From a bacterium (GTDB taxonomy: Bacteria > Hinthialibacterota > Hinthialibacteria > Hinthialibacterales > Hinthialibacteraceae), in the NCBI GenBank assembly GCA_963663405.2, contig CAXXSM010000023.1, forward strand, positions 18,417 through 82,416: DNA of 64,000 nucleotides, read 5' to 3'. The notes beneath the pieces are model-generated. The model worked only from the letters and a program-made list of their open reading frames with translations. It had not been told where the DNA came from and ran no database searches. Numbering within the stretch: position 1 is the stretch's first letter; every line of letters starts with the position of its first letter. Below are positions 52,156-62,345 of this stretch, one piece after another. The position numbers and the translations under genes are program-made.

Positions 52156-54813
52156 ATGAGCGTAACCTTTCTGGTTGATGGCAGTTCAATTTTCTTCCGG
52201 TCCTTTCACGCCATCCGCGATCTGCGGCGGTCTGATGGAATGGCCACGAACGCCGTTTATGGTTATGTGATGACGCTGCGAAGCCTTATACGTGAATATC
52301 AACCTGAACAAATGGCCGTCGCGTTTGACGCGCCGGGAAAAACATTTCGCAGTGAAATCGATGAGCAGTACAAGGCGAACCGAGTCAAACCACCGGACGA
52401 TTTAGTCGTTCAGATTCCCTCTATCAAAAAAGTGACTACGCTGCTGGGAATTTCCCATTTTGAAGCCGCTGGTTTTGAAGCGGACGATTTAATCGGCGCG
52501 ATGGCCGTTTGGCTTTCTGAACAGGGACAGGAGTCGATTCTCGTTTCCGGCGATAAAGATTTTTTCCAACTGGTCAACGACCGTATCAGCGTTCTCCGGC
52601 TGACTCCCAAGCGGAATGATTTGTATAAACCAAGTGATGTGCAAAAGCGGTATGGCGTGACGCCCGAACAGTTTGTTGACGTTCTCGCGTTGATGGGGGA
52701 CAGTGTAGACAATGTGCCGGGGGCGCCGGGAATCGGTGAAAAAACCGCGATCGCTCTGATTCAAGAATACGGTTCAATCGACAATCTTTATGATCGTGTG
52801 GATACCGTAAAAGGGAAAAAACGAAAAGATAACCTGATCGAATTTAAAGAGCAGGTGTATCGATCGCGCCGTTTGGTTACAATCAAAACCGATGTTGATT
52901 TGGGACTGACTTCGATAGAACAATTCAAAATCGCGGAACCAAATACTGAGAATCTTCTGGCGTTCTATCAAGATTTTGAATTCCGGACATTGGCGTCGGA
53001 ATTGGATACGGCTCCGGATGTTGTTGAAGAACGGGACTATCAAACCGTTGATTCTCTTGACGCACTGACAGAGATCGCCGAACGGATCCGTGAGTGTGGA
53101 TTCTGCGCGGTGGACACAGAAACGACTTCTCTCAATCCTCTCCAGGCGCGGCTTGTTGGGATTTCTTTTTCGATCGAAGAGAAACAGGGGTGGTATATTC
53201 CAATTGGGCATGTCGAAGGAAAGAATCTTCCATTGGATCAAGCCCGGCCGGTGTTGAAAGAGATCTTGGAATCGGACGCCATCGCGAAAACCGGCCACCA
53301 TTTGAAATACGATCTTCACGTTCTTGAAAACGAGGGTTTTCATCTTCAGGGGATCCAAGACGATACGCTTATTTCTTCTTATCTGATTGAACCGGATTTA
53401 TCCAGTCATAAGCTGGACGATCTGGTATGGCGTCAATTTGGGATGAAAATGACGCCGATTTCCGATCTGATTGGAACGGGGAAGAATCAAAAATGTATGG
53501 CGGATATCGATATTCCCCGCGTATCAGATTACGCGTGTGAAGACACGGACGCGGCTTGGCGGTTGTGTAAAGCGCTTCGACCGAAATTAGATGATTATGG
53601 GTTGCGGCGCCTTTATGAAGAGGTCGAAATGCCTCTGTTGCAGGTACTCGCCGCAATGGAGCGCCGGGGGATCAAAGTCGATCCGGATGTGCTCGCCAAG
53701 CAGTCGGTGGAATTGGGAAAAGAGATGGATTCTATCGCCGACGACATTTTTCAGTCTGTTGGGAAAGAATTTAATTTGAACTCCCCTTTGCAATTGGCAA
53801 AAATTCTGTATGATGATTTAGAACTGCTTTCTGGCAGAACTCGTTCCACCCGAGCGGATATTCTTGAAAAACTAGCGGGCGAGGGGGTTGTGATCGCCCG
53901 GTGGATCCTTGACTATCGGCATCGCAAGAAGATCAAATCAACCTATCTTGACGCCTTGCGTATGTTAATGAATCCGGATACGGGACGGATTCATACCACC
54001 TACAATCAAGCCGTTGTCAATACGGGGAGGATTTCCAGCAGCGATCCGAATCTGCAAAATATTCCGATTCGAACGGATTTAGGCCGCCGTGTGCGCCGGG
54101 CGTTCGTGGCGGAAGATGGATATCTCCTGGTTTCATTGGATTATTCCCAGATCGAACTTCGTATCCTGGCGCATATTTCCCAAGATCCGGGATTGCTGAG
54201 CGCGTTTGCGCAAGGAGATGATATCCATCGGAGGACAGCCGCTGAGATTTTTGATGTGTCGATTGATGAAGTGCAGTTGGATATGCGCCGGAAAGCCAAG
54301 GAAATCAATTTTGGATTGAATTATGGAATGTCGCCTTATGGATTGGCCCGGCGGCTGCAAATCCACGATCATGAAGCGGCGGCGTATATTGAAAAATATT
54401 TTAAGCGCTATCCCCGTGTACAAGCGTATATGGATGAAACGACGGACGCTGCGCGTGAGCGTTTGTACGTGACAACCATTCTGGGACGCCGCATTCCCAC
54501 TCCGGGTGTGCGTGACAGCAACCGCAACCGGCAGGAGAACGCCCTGCGCGCCGCGATTAACGCGCCGATTCAAGGCTCGGCGGCGGATTTAATGAAGATT
54601 GCGATGATCCAGGTTCATCAGGCCCTGAAAGACCAACCAGACCGGGCCTCTATCCTTCTGACGGTTCATGACGAATTGGTCCTGGAAGTACGAGAGGATT
54701 GTGTTGAAGAGATTGCGGACCTTTGCCGTGATTTGATGGACCATGCGATGAAACTGGATATCCCGATTCCAGTGGAATGCTCGACCGGTTCCAATTGGGC
54801 GGATTTAAAGTGA
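52156..54813 (+). CDS. polA: DNA polymerase I
   Basis: 5'-3' exonuclease (VDGSS, FEADD, GDSVDNVPG), 3'-5' exonuclease (DTETT), polymerase (DYSQIELR, AKEINFG, TVHDEL). Confidence 0.98.
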   Translation: MSVTFLVDGSSIFFRSFHAIRDLRRSDGMATNAVYGYVMTLRSLIREYQPEQMAVAFDAPGKTFRSEIDEQYKANRVKPPDDLVVQIPSIKKVTTLLGISHFEAAGFEADDLIGAMAVWLSEQGQESILVSGDKDFFQLVNDRISVLRLTPKRNDLYKPSDVQKRYGVTPEQFVDVLALMGDSVDNVPGAPGIGEKTAIALIQEYGSIDNLYDRVDTVKGKKRKDNLIEFKEQVYRSRRLVTIKTDVDLGLTSIEQFKIAEPNTENLLAFYQDFEFRTLASELDTAPDVVEERDYQTVDSLDALTEIAERIRECGFCAVDTETTSLNPLQARLVGISFSIEEKQGWYIPIGHVEGKNLPLDQARPVLKEILESDAIAKTGHHLKYDLHVLENEGFHLQGIQDDTLISSYLIEPDLSSHKLDDLVWRQFGMKMTPISDLIGTGKNQKCMADIDIPRVSDYACEDTDAAWRLCKALRPKLDDYGLRRLYEEVEMPLLQVLAAMERRGIKVDPDVLAKQSVELGKEMDSIADDIFQSVGKEFNLNSPLQLAKILYDDLELLSGRTRSTRADILEKLAGEGVVIARWILDYRHRKKIKSTYLDALRMLMNPDTGRIHTTYNQAVVNTGRISSSDPNLQNIPIRTDLGRRVRRAFVAEDGYLLVSLDYSQIELRILAHISQDPGLLSAFAQGDDIHRRTAAEIFDVSIDEVQLDMRRKAKEINFGLNYGMSPYGLARRLQIHDHEAAAYIEKYFKRYPRVQAYMDETTDAARERLYVTTILGRRIPTPGVRDSNRNRQENALRAAINAPIQGSAADLMKIAMIQVHQALKDQPDRASILLTVHDELVLEVREDCVEEIADLCRDLMDHAMKLDIPIPVECSTGSNWADLK

Positions 54814-55478
54814 CGGCGCCGATAACACGGAAACAGGATGCGGATTGTCTGCGCGTCTTGGACGATCGAGACCTTTGTCTGACCCTTGGATTGACCGGGA
54901 ATCCCGGAGCGGGGAAATCGGCCGTTGCGGATATGTTGGAAGAGTGGGGCGCGGAGGTTGTCAATGCGGATGCGGTTGGTTATGAGACGCTCCGGCGGGA
55001 TTCACCAGTATTTTCTGAGCTTGTCGAGACTTTCGGCGCCTCGATTTTGGATGAGCGGGGAGAGATCAGCCGGGTGGAACTGGGGTGGATTGTCTTTCCT
55101 TCTTCCGCGCAGCTGGAGAGATTGAATCAGATTGTCCATCCGGTTATGTTGCGGCGCATACAGGAGCGGATGGATTCGTTCCGGCGATTGAACGAACGTT
55201 CTCTGTTTGTGCTTGACGCGGCGTTGATTTATGAATGGGAGATTGAGGATTGGTTTGACGCGGTCGTGGTTGTCACCGCTCCGATTGAAATAAGACGGAA
55301 GCGGTTTCTCGCGGCGCGAGGGGGAACGGAAGAGAATTTTAATAACCGGGAAGCGGCGCAGCTTCCTGAATCCGAAAAGATACAACGGGCCGATTTCGCA
55401 ATCCAAAATGATGGCGGTCTCGATGCCTTGAAACATAATTTGAAGCAATGTTTAGATCAGTTTATAAGGAATAGGTAG
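54810..55478 (+). CDS. coaE: dephospho-CoA kinase
   Basis: GLTGNPGAGKS, ADAVG, LNQIVHP, DAALIYE; GTGA overlap with polA. Confidence 0.92.
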   Translation: MTAPITRKQDADCLRVLDDRDLCLTLGLTGNPGAGKSAVADMLEEWGAEVVNADAVGYETLRRDSPVFSELVETFGASILDERGEISRVELGWIVFPSSAQLERLNQIVHPVMLRRIQERMDSFRRLNERSLFVLDAALIYEWEIEDWFDAVVVVTAPIEIRRKRFLAARGGTEENFNNREAAQLPESEKIQRADFAIQNDGGLDALKHNLKQCLDQFIRNR

Positions 55479-55481
55479 TGA

Positions 55482-56903
55482 ATGATGGTGACTGACCCAA
55501 AAAACAGAATGAAACGCACCCCCCGGCCGGTTGGCCGGAACAACATGACTCGTGGAAATCCCAATGGATTCTCCGAGCAGGCCAATGGCGGTATTGACAC
55601 CCAGACGGATGTCGTCAATGGGGAGAAAATCACCCACAAATTCGATAGTGAAAGTCTGAAAAGAAAAACTATATCGGAATTGATGGATATCGCTCATGAG
55701 ATGAAGCTAGAAGGTCTCAGCGGATTGCGGAAGCAGGAGTTGATTTACAAAATCCTTGAGCACGCCGCCAAGGTTGAACGTGATGAAGGCGGCGCGTTGG
55801 AAGGCTCCGGCGTTTTGGAAGCCCTGCCGGAAGGATTTGGTTTTCTCCGCAGCTCTGACTACTGCTATCTGCCAGGGCCGGATGACATCTATGTTTCTCC
55901 TTCGCAGATCCGACGGTTCGGATTGCGTAAAGGGGATATCGTTTCGGGGATTATCCGCCCGCCGAAAGAAGGGGAGCGTTATTTCGCCCTTCTTAAAGTG
56001 ATGGAGATCAACCACGAAGCGCCTGAAGCCGCCAGGGATAAGATCCTTTACGATAACTTGACGCCGCTGTTTCCCAACCAGCGCTTTCATATGGAAACAT
56101 CCGCGACGCGGATCTCTTCGCGGATCATCGATCTGATCACACCGATGGGGATGGGACAGCGCGCGCTGTTCGTGGCTCCGCCCAACTCCGGGAAGACGAT
56201 GCTTCTGCAAGAGGTGGCCAATAGTATCACGACCAATCATCCGGATGTGACGTTGATCGTTCTGTTGATCGATGAGCGGCCGGAAGAGGTGACCGATATG
56301 AAGCGGACCGTCAAAGGCGAGGTAATTTCCTCCACCTTCGATGAGCCGCCTGACCGTCATATCCAGGTCGCGGAGATGGTCATTGAAAAGGCCAAGCGTC
56401 TTGTGGAATACAAACACAATGTCGTGATTCTTCTCGATAGTATCACCCGGCTGGCGCGCGCGTATAACCAGATCGCTCCGCACAGCGGCAAGATTCTTTC
56501 CGGCGGTATTGATTCCAGCGCCTTGATTCCACCGAAACGCTTTTTCGGGGCGGCGCGGAATATCGAGGAAGGGGGGAGCCTTTCGATTATGGCTACGGCT
56601 TTGATCGATACGGGCAGCCGGATGGATGATGTTATTTACGAAGAGTTTAAAGGCACCGGCAACCTTGAACTTCATCTCGACCGTAAGCTGGCCGAGCGGC
56701 GCATCTATCCGTCGATCGACATCAACCGGTCGAAGACGCGGAAGGAAGAATTGCTGCTCGAACCGGATGAACTGGAACGCGTCTGGCTTCTGCGGAAGGT
56801 GCTCAACGAGATGAACGCCAGCGAAGCCGTCGAACTCCTCATCGAACGGATGCGCAAGACCAAGAGCAACCAGGAATTCCTCCAGACCCTCAGCGGTTCC
56901 TAA
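55482..56903 (+). CDS. rho: transcription termination factor Rho
   Basis: [50 protein letters not shown]. Confidence 0.98.
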   Translation: MMVTDPKNRMKRTPRPVGRNNMTRGNPNGFSEQANGGIDTQTDVVNGEKITHKFDSESLKRKTISELMDIAHEMKLEGLSGLRKQELIYKILEHAAKVERDEGGALEGSGVLEALPEGFGFLRSSDYCYLPGPDDIYVSPSQIRRFGLRKGDIVSGIIRPPKEGERYFALLKVMEINHEAPEAARDKILYDNLTPLFPNQRFHMETSATRISSRIIDLITPMGMGQRALFVAPPNSGKTMLLQEVANSITTNHPDVTLIVLLIDERPEEVTDMKRTVKGEVISSTFDEPPDRHIQVAEMVIEKAKRLVEYKHNVVILLDSITRLARAYNQIAPHSGKILSGGIDSSALIPPKRFFGAARNIEEGGSLSIMATALIDTGSRMDDVIYEEFKGTGNLELHLDRKLAERRIYPSIDINRSKTRKEELLLEPDELERVWLLRKVLNEMNASEAVELLIERMRKTKSNQEFLQTLSGS

Positions 56904-56953
56904 ATGGAACCGGGCCTGTCCACCATCTTTTCTTCATAAATGATTGTTAAGCG

Positions 56954-56994
56954 TTCCCGCCGGCTGTTTGTTGACAGCCGGTGGGGATGTTGTA
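56954..56994 (+). terminator. hairpin or terminator after rho
   Basis: TTCCCGCCGGCTGT/ACAGCCGGTGGGGA stem with a weak U-tract. Confidence 0.55.
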
Positions 56995-57158
56995 TTGATT
57001 CGTCTCAAAAAAAACCTGACAACAATTTTATTTTTTGATATTATTGTGATATAATGAGTTGTTATTTGTGTCGCGGGCGGTATGGGCAGGAACTGTTTCT
57101 GTTCTTGTTTCATTCCGAATCATGTTTAAAAAATTGGGTACGATCGGTTGGAGTGGAG

Positions 57159-57986
57159 ATGATGAAAGGATGTTGCGCGCTTTTTTTGTTCATTGGGTTG
57201 AGTTTATTCATGGTTGAAAGCGCGGAGTGTGATTCGATTGTTGTTTATGCTAGTGGAGGAACTTTGGATGAAGACCTCATCTTTGGAAATCCATACGATA
57301 ATTTAAAATTGACAATTACAATGCGTGGCGATATTTCGAATATCAGTTTAATCAAAGCGGAACTCGATCATCCTTATCAAACGGATAATTTTACGATTCA
57401 GGATTCATTCTTTCCCTCGTTCATTAAAAGCGCGTCGTATCATATAACGAACGCGTCGATTGCGTTTGAATTAGAAACAAATCCCACTGTTGTAAGTGAT
57501 GAAATCAAGTTACTTGTATTTAAACCAAACACATATAGTTCTCTTCGAGAAAGTAAATATCCATGAGAGATCAAATGGAAATCATTTGAAGTATTTGATC
57601 CAAGTGGTAATCGAATTGAAATAACGTTGAAGTCATTCCCTGGATTACATTTTATTGATGTTATTTATGACATATATGTTAAGCTGATTCATATGGAAGA
57701 GAAAGTCAATATGATGTATGTCAGTGAATTGAATGGTGTCGATATTGGTGAGGCTCTTTTATTTCCTTTTACTTCTAATGAATATATTGACGCAGATTTT
57801 TATGGAATGGGAAACCTGATTGGAATCGCTCATTCTCCTTACTTGCCTTTCACACTTACAGTACGGTTGGAAAGTGGAAGGGAATTGCATTTCCGAGAGA
57901 ATGTTTATAATCCGAAAGTTTGGCCAAATGTCTTTATATTGGATGGGGCTAAGTCAGTTGTGGGGGATTGGGAACTTTTTCGATAG
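57159..57986 (+). CDS. hypothetical secreted protein interrupted by one in-frame TGA (57564-57566)
   Basis: Signal peptide MMKGCCALFLFIGLSLFMVESAEC; both ORF halves are in the same frame (YP*EIKW); ends SVVGDWELFR; AT-rich. Confidence 0.55.
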
Positions 57987-58023
57987 AGATTGGAATGGTG
58001 TTTTTGAGAAGAATACGAATTAT

Positions 58024-58058
58024 GCAAGGGCAGATGAAAAACCTTGCCCTTGCTACCC
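58024..58058. repeat. family 2 palindrome variant
   Basis: GCAAGGGCA...TGCCCTTGC, with compensatory changes in the stem. Confidence 0.65.
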
Positions 58059-58283
58059 AGGTAGATGTAGATGGATCGTAAGTGGGAATATAGATTGGAA
58101 TGTACTCACTGAATGATACATAAAACACTTCACGCTCTACAGCCAGCCTTGAATCGTATATACTATTCGTTACAAATACCATTTTAGAGAACGCGTTTTG
58201 GCGCGGATGAGCCGGTTGAATCTCCGCTGGATGGAGGGGGGGATTTGTTGCGCGTTCTTTAGTACGATCATCGATTGGGAAAT

Positions 58284-60398
58284 ATGAATGTACAAGCAAG
58301 CCATTCTGAATGGCGTATTGTTCGAAAACTCTTTCACTACGTCTATCGATATAAGAAGCGGTGTTTGCTGGCGTTTGCTTGCAGCCTGATAGTGTCGGTT
58401 CTCACCGTCGCATCACTTTCGATGATGAAGCCTACGGTGGAGACGATCTTTCAACGTGAAACGTTGGGTGGGGGAATGGTGTCTTCGCTGAATGAATCGC
58501 CAGGGCAGAATAAAGCCTTGATCAGGGCGCAAGGGGAAATAGTGTCTTTACTGGATGAATCGCCAGGGCAGAAAAAAGCCTTGCCCTGGGCACCCGGGAA
58601 AACCTTGATCAGGGCGCCCGGGACCGAGATGGATAATGCGCAAGGGCAGAATATTACTTTGTCCAGGGCGTCAGGCGCGTTGAGTGGAGATCGGGAATCG
58701 GCGCCGGATGTGGGGATTGAGAGTAAGCTTCGGGAGGTGATGGCTCCATTTTACCGGATGCTTGACACGTATGCGGCGGATTCGCCATTGGGGGTTCTCG
58801 CGATTGTATTTCTGGTCTTTATTCTGCTTAGTGTGTTGAATGGCGCATTCCGATATACGCAGGAATATATGATCAACTGGGTGGGGAACCGGGCGCTGCT
58901 TGATTTACAGCGCGATCTCTTTTCCCATATGCTGGGTTTTAATACCGCTTATTTCTCGCGCACGAAGGTTGGTTCGATTCTGTCGTATTATACGGTCGAT
59001 GTGCGTGTGATCGGATTGAGCCTGTTTAATATTCTTGGCCGGTTGATGATTGATCCATGTATTGTGCTGGTGTTGATTGTCACGTTGTTCTGGATGCAGT
59101 GGCAGTTGACGTTGTTGTATGGCTTAATATTTCCTGTGCTGGCGTATACCGTGCGGTATTTTGCGAAGAAAAACCGGCGCGCGGGCCGGAGCGCGCAGGA
59201 TGTGCTCGCCCGGTTGAACGCTTTTCTGCAGGAGCATTTCAGTTTTATTCAACTCGTTCAGGGCTACGGCATGGACGCGCATCAGCGGTCCAAATTCTGG
59301 CGGGAGACGCGCGGTGTCTTCAGCGCCAGTATGTCTATGGTCAAGGCGAAAGCCGCGTCGTCTCCGATTAATGAAGTGATCGGACTGACGGGCATGTGTG
59401 TGATTATTTTTCTCGGGGCGTATATGATCTTCGAACGGAAGGCGATGGCTCCCAGTGATTTTCTGGTTTACATTGCGTTCATGTGGAGCCTTTATCAGCC
59501 ATGCAAACGGATCGAACGGTCGTTTCAGGAAATCCAGCATGGCTTCGCCGCCGCGGAACGGGTGTTGGATGTGCTCGAACGGGATGAATCGCTTCCAGTA
59601 TCGCCGAATCCCGTTTCTATTGATCGATTTGATCAAGAGATTCGATTTGATAACGTATCGTTTTCGTATGATGGGGAACGGCCGGTTCTCGATCGAATCT
59701 CGTTTGAAGCGAAGAAGGGGGAACTGGTCGCGCTTGTTGGACCGAGTGGGGCGGGGAAGACCACGATTGTCAATTTGATCCCCCGTTTCTATGATCCTTT
59801 GTCCGGCTCGATTTTGCTTGATGGGAATGATCTTCGTTCGCTGGATTTACAATCGCTTCGGTGTTTAATCGCCTTTGTTCCGCAGGATGTGGCGATCTTC
59901 GGCGATACGGCGCGGGTGAATATTACCTGTGGGGATGAACGGTATACGGACACGCAAGTGAAAGCGGCGGCGAAGGCGGCCTACGCTGATGAGTTTATTG
60001 AGAACCTGCCACAAGGATACGATACGATCGTTGGTGAACGCGGGGCGGCTCTGTCCGGGGGGCAGTGTCAACGGCTGGCGCTGGCGCGGGCGTTTTTGCG
60101 TGATTCGCCGATTTTGATTCTTGATGAAGCGACGTCGTCTTTGGATAGTGAATCCGAACGGCGTATTAAATTATCGATTGAAAAATTGATGAAAGGGCGC
60201 ACGGCGCTGGTGATCGCCCACCGCCTTTCCACGATTCTTCATGCGGATCGGATTGTTGTTGTCGACAAGGGGAGCGTGGTTGATATCGGCTCCCATTCTG
60301 AGTTATTGAAGCGCTGCTCTCTTTACCAACGCTTGTATCAACTGCAATTCGCGGAAGAGGGCGATGATGTTGTATCGATGGGACCGGGATCATGCTGA
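58284..60398 (+). CDS. MsbA-like ABC exporter (TMD + NBD) with a repeat-derived insertion in its first external loop
   Basis: Multiple TM segments; GPSGAGKT, VPQD, LSGGQCQR, ILDEATSSLD, IAHRLST. Confidence 0.92.
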   Translation: MNVQASHSEWRIVRKLFHYVYRYKKRCLLAFACSLIVSVLTVASLSMMKPTVETIFQRETLGGGMVSSLNESPGQNKALIRAQGEIVSLLDESPGQKKALPWAPGKTLIRAPGTEMDNAQGQNITLSRASGALSGDRESAPDVGIESKLREVMAPFYRMLDTYAADSPLGVLAIVFLVFILLSVLNGAFRYTQEYMINWVGNRALLDLQRDLFSHMLGFNTAYFSRTKVGSILSYYTVDVRVIGLSLFNILGRLMIDPCIVLVLIVTLFWMQWQLTLLYGLIFPVLAYTVRYFAKKNRRAGRSAQDVLARLNAFLQEHFSFIQLVQGYGMDAHQRSKFWRETRGVFSASMSMVKAKAASSPINEVIGLTGMCVIIFLGAYMIFERKAMAPSDFLVYIAFMWSLYQPCKRIERSFQEIQHGFAAAERVLDVLERDESLPVSPNPVSIDRFDQEIRFDNVSFSYDGERPVLDRISFEAKKGELVALVGPSGAGKTTIVNLIPRFYDPLSGSILLDGNDLRSLDLQSLRCLIAFVPQDVAIFGDTARVNITCGDERYTDTQVKAAAKAAYADEFIENLPQGYDTIVGERGAALSGGQCQRLALARAFLRDSPILILDEATSSLDSESERRIKLSIEKLMKGRTALVIAHRLSTILHADRIVVVDKGSVVDIGSHSELLKRCSLYQRLYQLQFAEEGDDVVSMGPGSC

Positions 60399-62206
60399 AG
60401 AAGTATTCCCTCGTTGCGTTTCTGCTTTTTCTACACGCGGGGATTCTCTTGCATAGCGCGTCTCGTAAATCCGCGTCGGTGGATGAAATGAGCCACTTGG
60501 CGGCGGGGCTGTATTCTCTCTCGACTCTTGATTTCCGGGTCAACCGGGCCGCGCCTCCATTGCAGAATTTGGTGTGCGCGGTTCCAGTCGCTCTTTTTCC
60601 AGGCTATCAACTTTCGTATGACAATGAATCGTGGAACAAAGGCATCTGGAACGGATCCGGTGATCGTTTGCTGGAAGCCAATCCGGGGCGGATGCATGAG
60701 TTGCTGATGTGGGGGCGGCTGGGAACGATTGGTTTGTCTGTGTGCCTTTGTTTTGTAGCGTTTTTGTGGGCTTATGAATTGTGGGGGTGGATTCCGGCGC
60801 TTTGCGTGTTGATCCTGACTGTGTTTGAACCCAACATCATGGCGCATGGGCGATTGATTACGACCGATACGGCGCCGACGTTGTTGTTTCTTTTGACTGG
60901 GTATCTGTTCTGGCGGTTTACGAAACGGCCCTGCTATCGAACTCTGATTCTGACGGGCGTTGGATTTGGCTTGAGTTGGTATGCGAAACACTCCGGCGTG
61001 GTTCTGCTGCCGGCGCTAGGGATTGGTTTTGCCGTGTTTGTTTGGACGAAGAGGGAATGGCGGCTGGGGTGGATTCCTAAGTTGGATCGATCTCATCCTG
61101 CCGCTCGTGTTTTCGTTCGCTCGCTTGTGATTCTTTCGTTTGTGACGTGTATTGGGCTATTGACATTATGGGCGGGGTACGCGTTTGAGGTGGGCGATAC
61201 GATTCCCGGTCCGGTCAAACCGTCGAACAGTCAAATTTGGCAGGAACTGCAGGTTCCTATCCGGACCGTTATCTATGCGCTGGGTTTGGGAGACCGTCTA
61301 ACAATGGATAGTTCCGATCCCGATCAGCCGTTTTGGATGTTTCTCCGGAATTATCTTCCACTCTTCAATCATTGGGAAGGTTTTCTTGCGAACCGGGCGC
61401 ATTTGGAAGCCGGTCATTTGGGGTATTTTATGGGGAAGCGGTCATCTTATGGATGGCGGTCGTATTATCCAATTCTGTTTTTGATTAAAACACCCGTTCC
61501 GCTTTTGCTGATCTTTGCGCTAGGGGCGCTGTTGTTGTGTGTCAAGGCGGTTCGTTTGGACGCGCTTGCTTTGACCGGCCTGCTTGTGATACCCGGTGTC
61601 TATCTTTATGTCTTGATTTTTTATTCCACCGCTAATATTGGATACCGGCACGCTCTGCCTGCGCTGCCGTTTTTTATCATTCTCTTTGGGGGCGCGGCGG
61701 CGCAATTTGTTACGCAACTGTTCGAACGTACGGAAACTTCAGCAGATAAATCATCGCCGGTTCATTCTCGAAGAACGCTGGCGGGGATTGGTTTGTTTCT
61801 TATCGCGTGGATGGTTTGGGAAGCGGTGATGATTCATCCTCATTATCTTGAGTATTTCAACGCATTGATCGGCGGTCCGAAAAACGGGCATGAATACGCG
61901 GTTGATTCGAATCTCGATTGGGGGCAGGATTTACTCTACGCGAAGGAGTATATCGAGAAGAACCAATTACAGGACGCGTATCTTCTTTATTTCGGTCCGC
62001 AAAACTATCCAGATGTTTATCACGTTCCTCATAAGAAATTCGGGAAACAGAAAGTATTGGCGCCGGGGGATTATATTGTGAGCGCGTCTTTCCTGCATGG
62101 GATTGGAGCGGGGGCGTTGTATCCTGTGTTTGAGCCGTTACGCCGGGCGGCGCCGGATGAGTATATTACGTATGCGGTTTTTGTTTATCGTGTGGTTGGG
62201 GAATGA
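60392..62206 (+). CDS. ArnT/PMT-type (GT39/GT83) membrane glycosyltransferase
   Basis: SVDEMSH, EPNIMAHGRLITTD, AKHSG, YYPILFLIKTP, NIGYRH, DSNLDWGQDL. Confidence 0.85.
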   Translation: MLKKYSLVAFLLFLHAGILLHSASRKSASVDEMSHLAAGLYSLSTLDFRVNRAAPPLQNLVCAVPVALFPGYQLSYDNESWNKGIWNGSGDRLLEANPGRMHELLMWGRLGTIGLSVCLCFVAFLWAYELWGWIPALCVLILTVFEPNIMAHGRLITTDTAPTLLFLLTGYLFWRFTKRPCYRTLILTGVGFGLSWYAKHSGVVLLPALGIGFAVFVWTKREWRLGWIPKLDRSHPAARVFVRSLVILSFVTCIGLLTLWAGYAFEVGDTIPGPVKPSNSQIWQELQVPIRTVIYALGLGDRLTMDSSDPDQPFWMFLRNYLPLFNHWEGFLANRAHLEAGHLGYFMGKRSSYGWRSYYPILFLIKTPVPLLLIFALGALLLCVKAVRLDALALTGLLVIPGVYLYVLIFYSTANIGYRHALPALPFFIILFGGAAAQFVTQLFERTETSADKSSPVHSRRTLAGIGLFLIAWMVWEAVMIHPHYLEYFNALIGGPKNGHEYAVDSNLDWGQDLLYAKEYIEKNQLQDAYLLYFGPQNYPDVYHVPHKKFGKQKVLAPGDYIVSASFLHGIGAGALYPVFEPLRRAAPDEYITYAVFVYRVVGE

Positions 62207-62266
62207 GTTGATTGGGGGGATTGCGCTGGGGTAGAAGGGGCGCTCATCAACTGGACTGGAATAACA

Positions 62267-62300
62267 CCAGGGCAGAAAAACGCCTTGCCCTGGGCGCCCG
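62267..62300. repeat. family 2 palindrome
   Basis: CCAGGGCAGAAAAACGCCTTGCCCTGGGCGCCCG. Confidence 0.8.
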
Positions 62301-62345
62301 CTCAAATTAAAAACGCGTCCTAAGTATCGCTTTTAGCCCATCTTG

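Noticed and set aside
57564-57566. Selenocysteine or recoded TGA
   Set aside because: No SECIS-like hairpin follows, the context is not redox-like, and TGA is a normal stop elsewhere (higB, polA).
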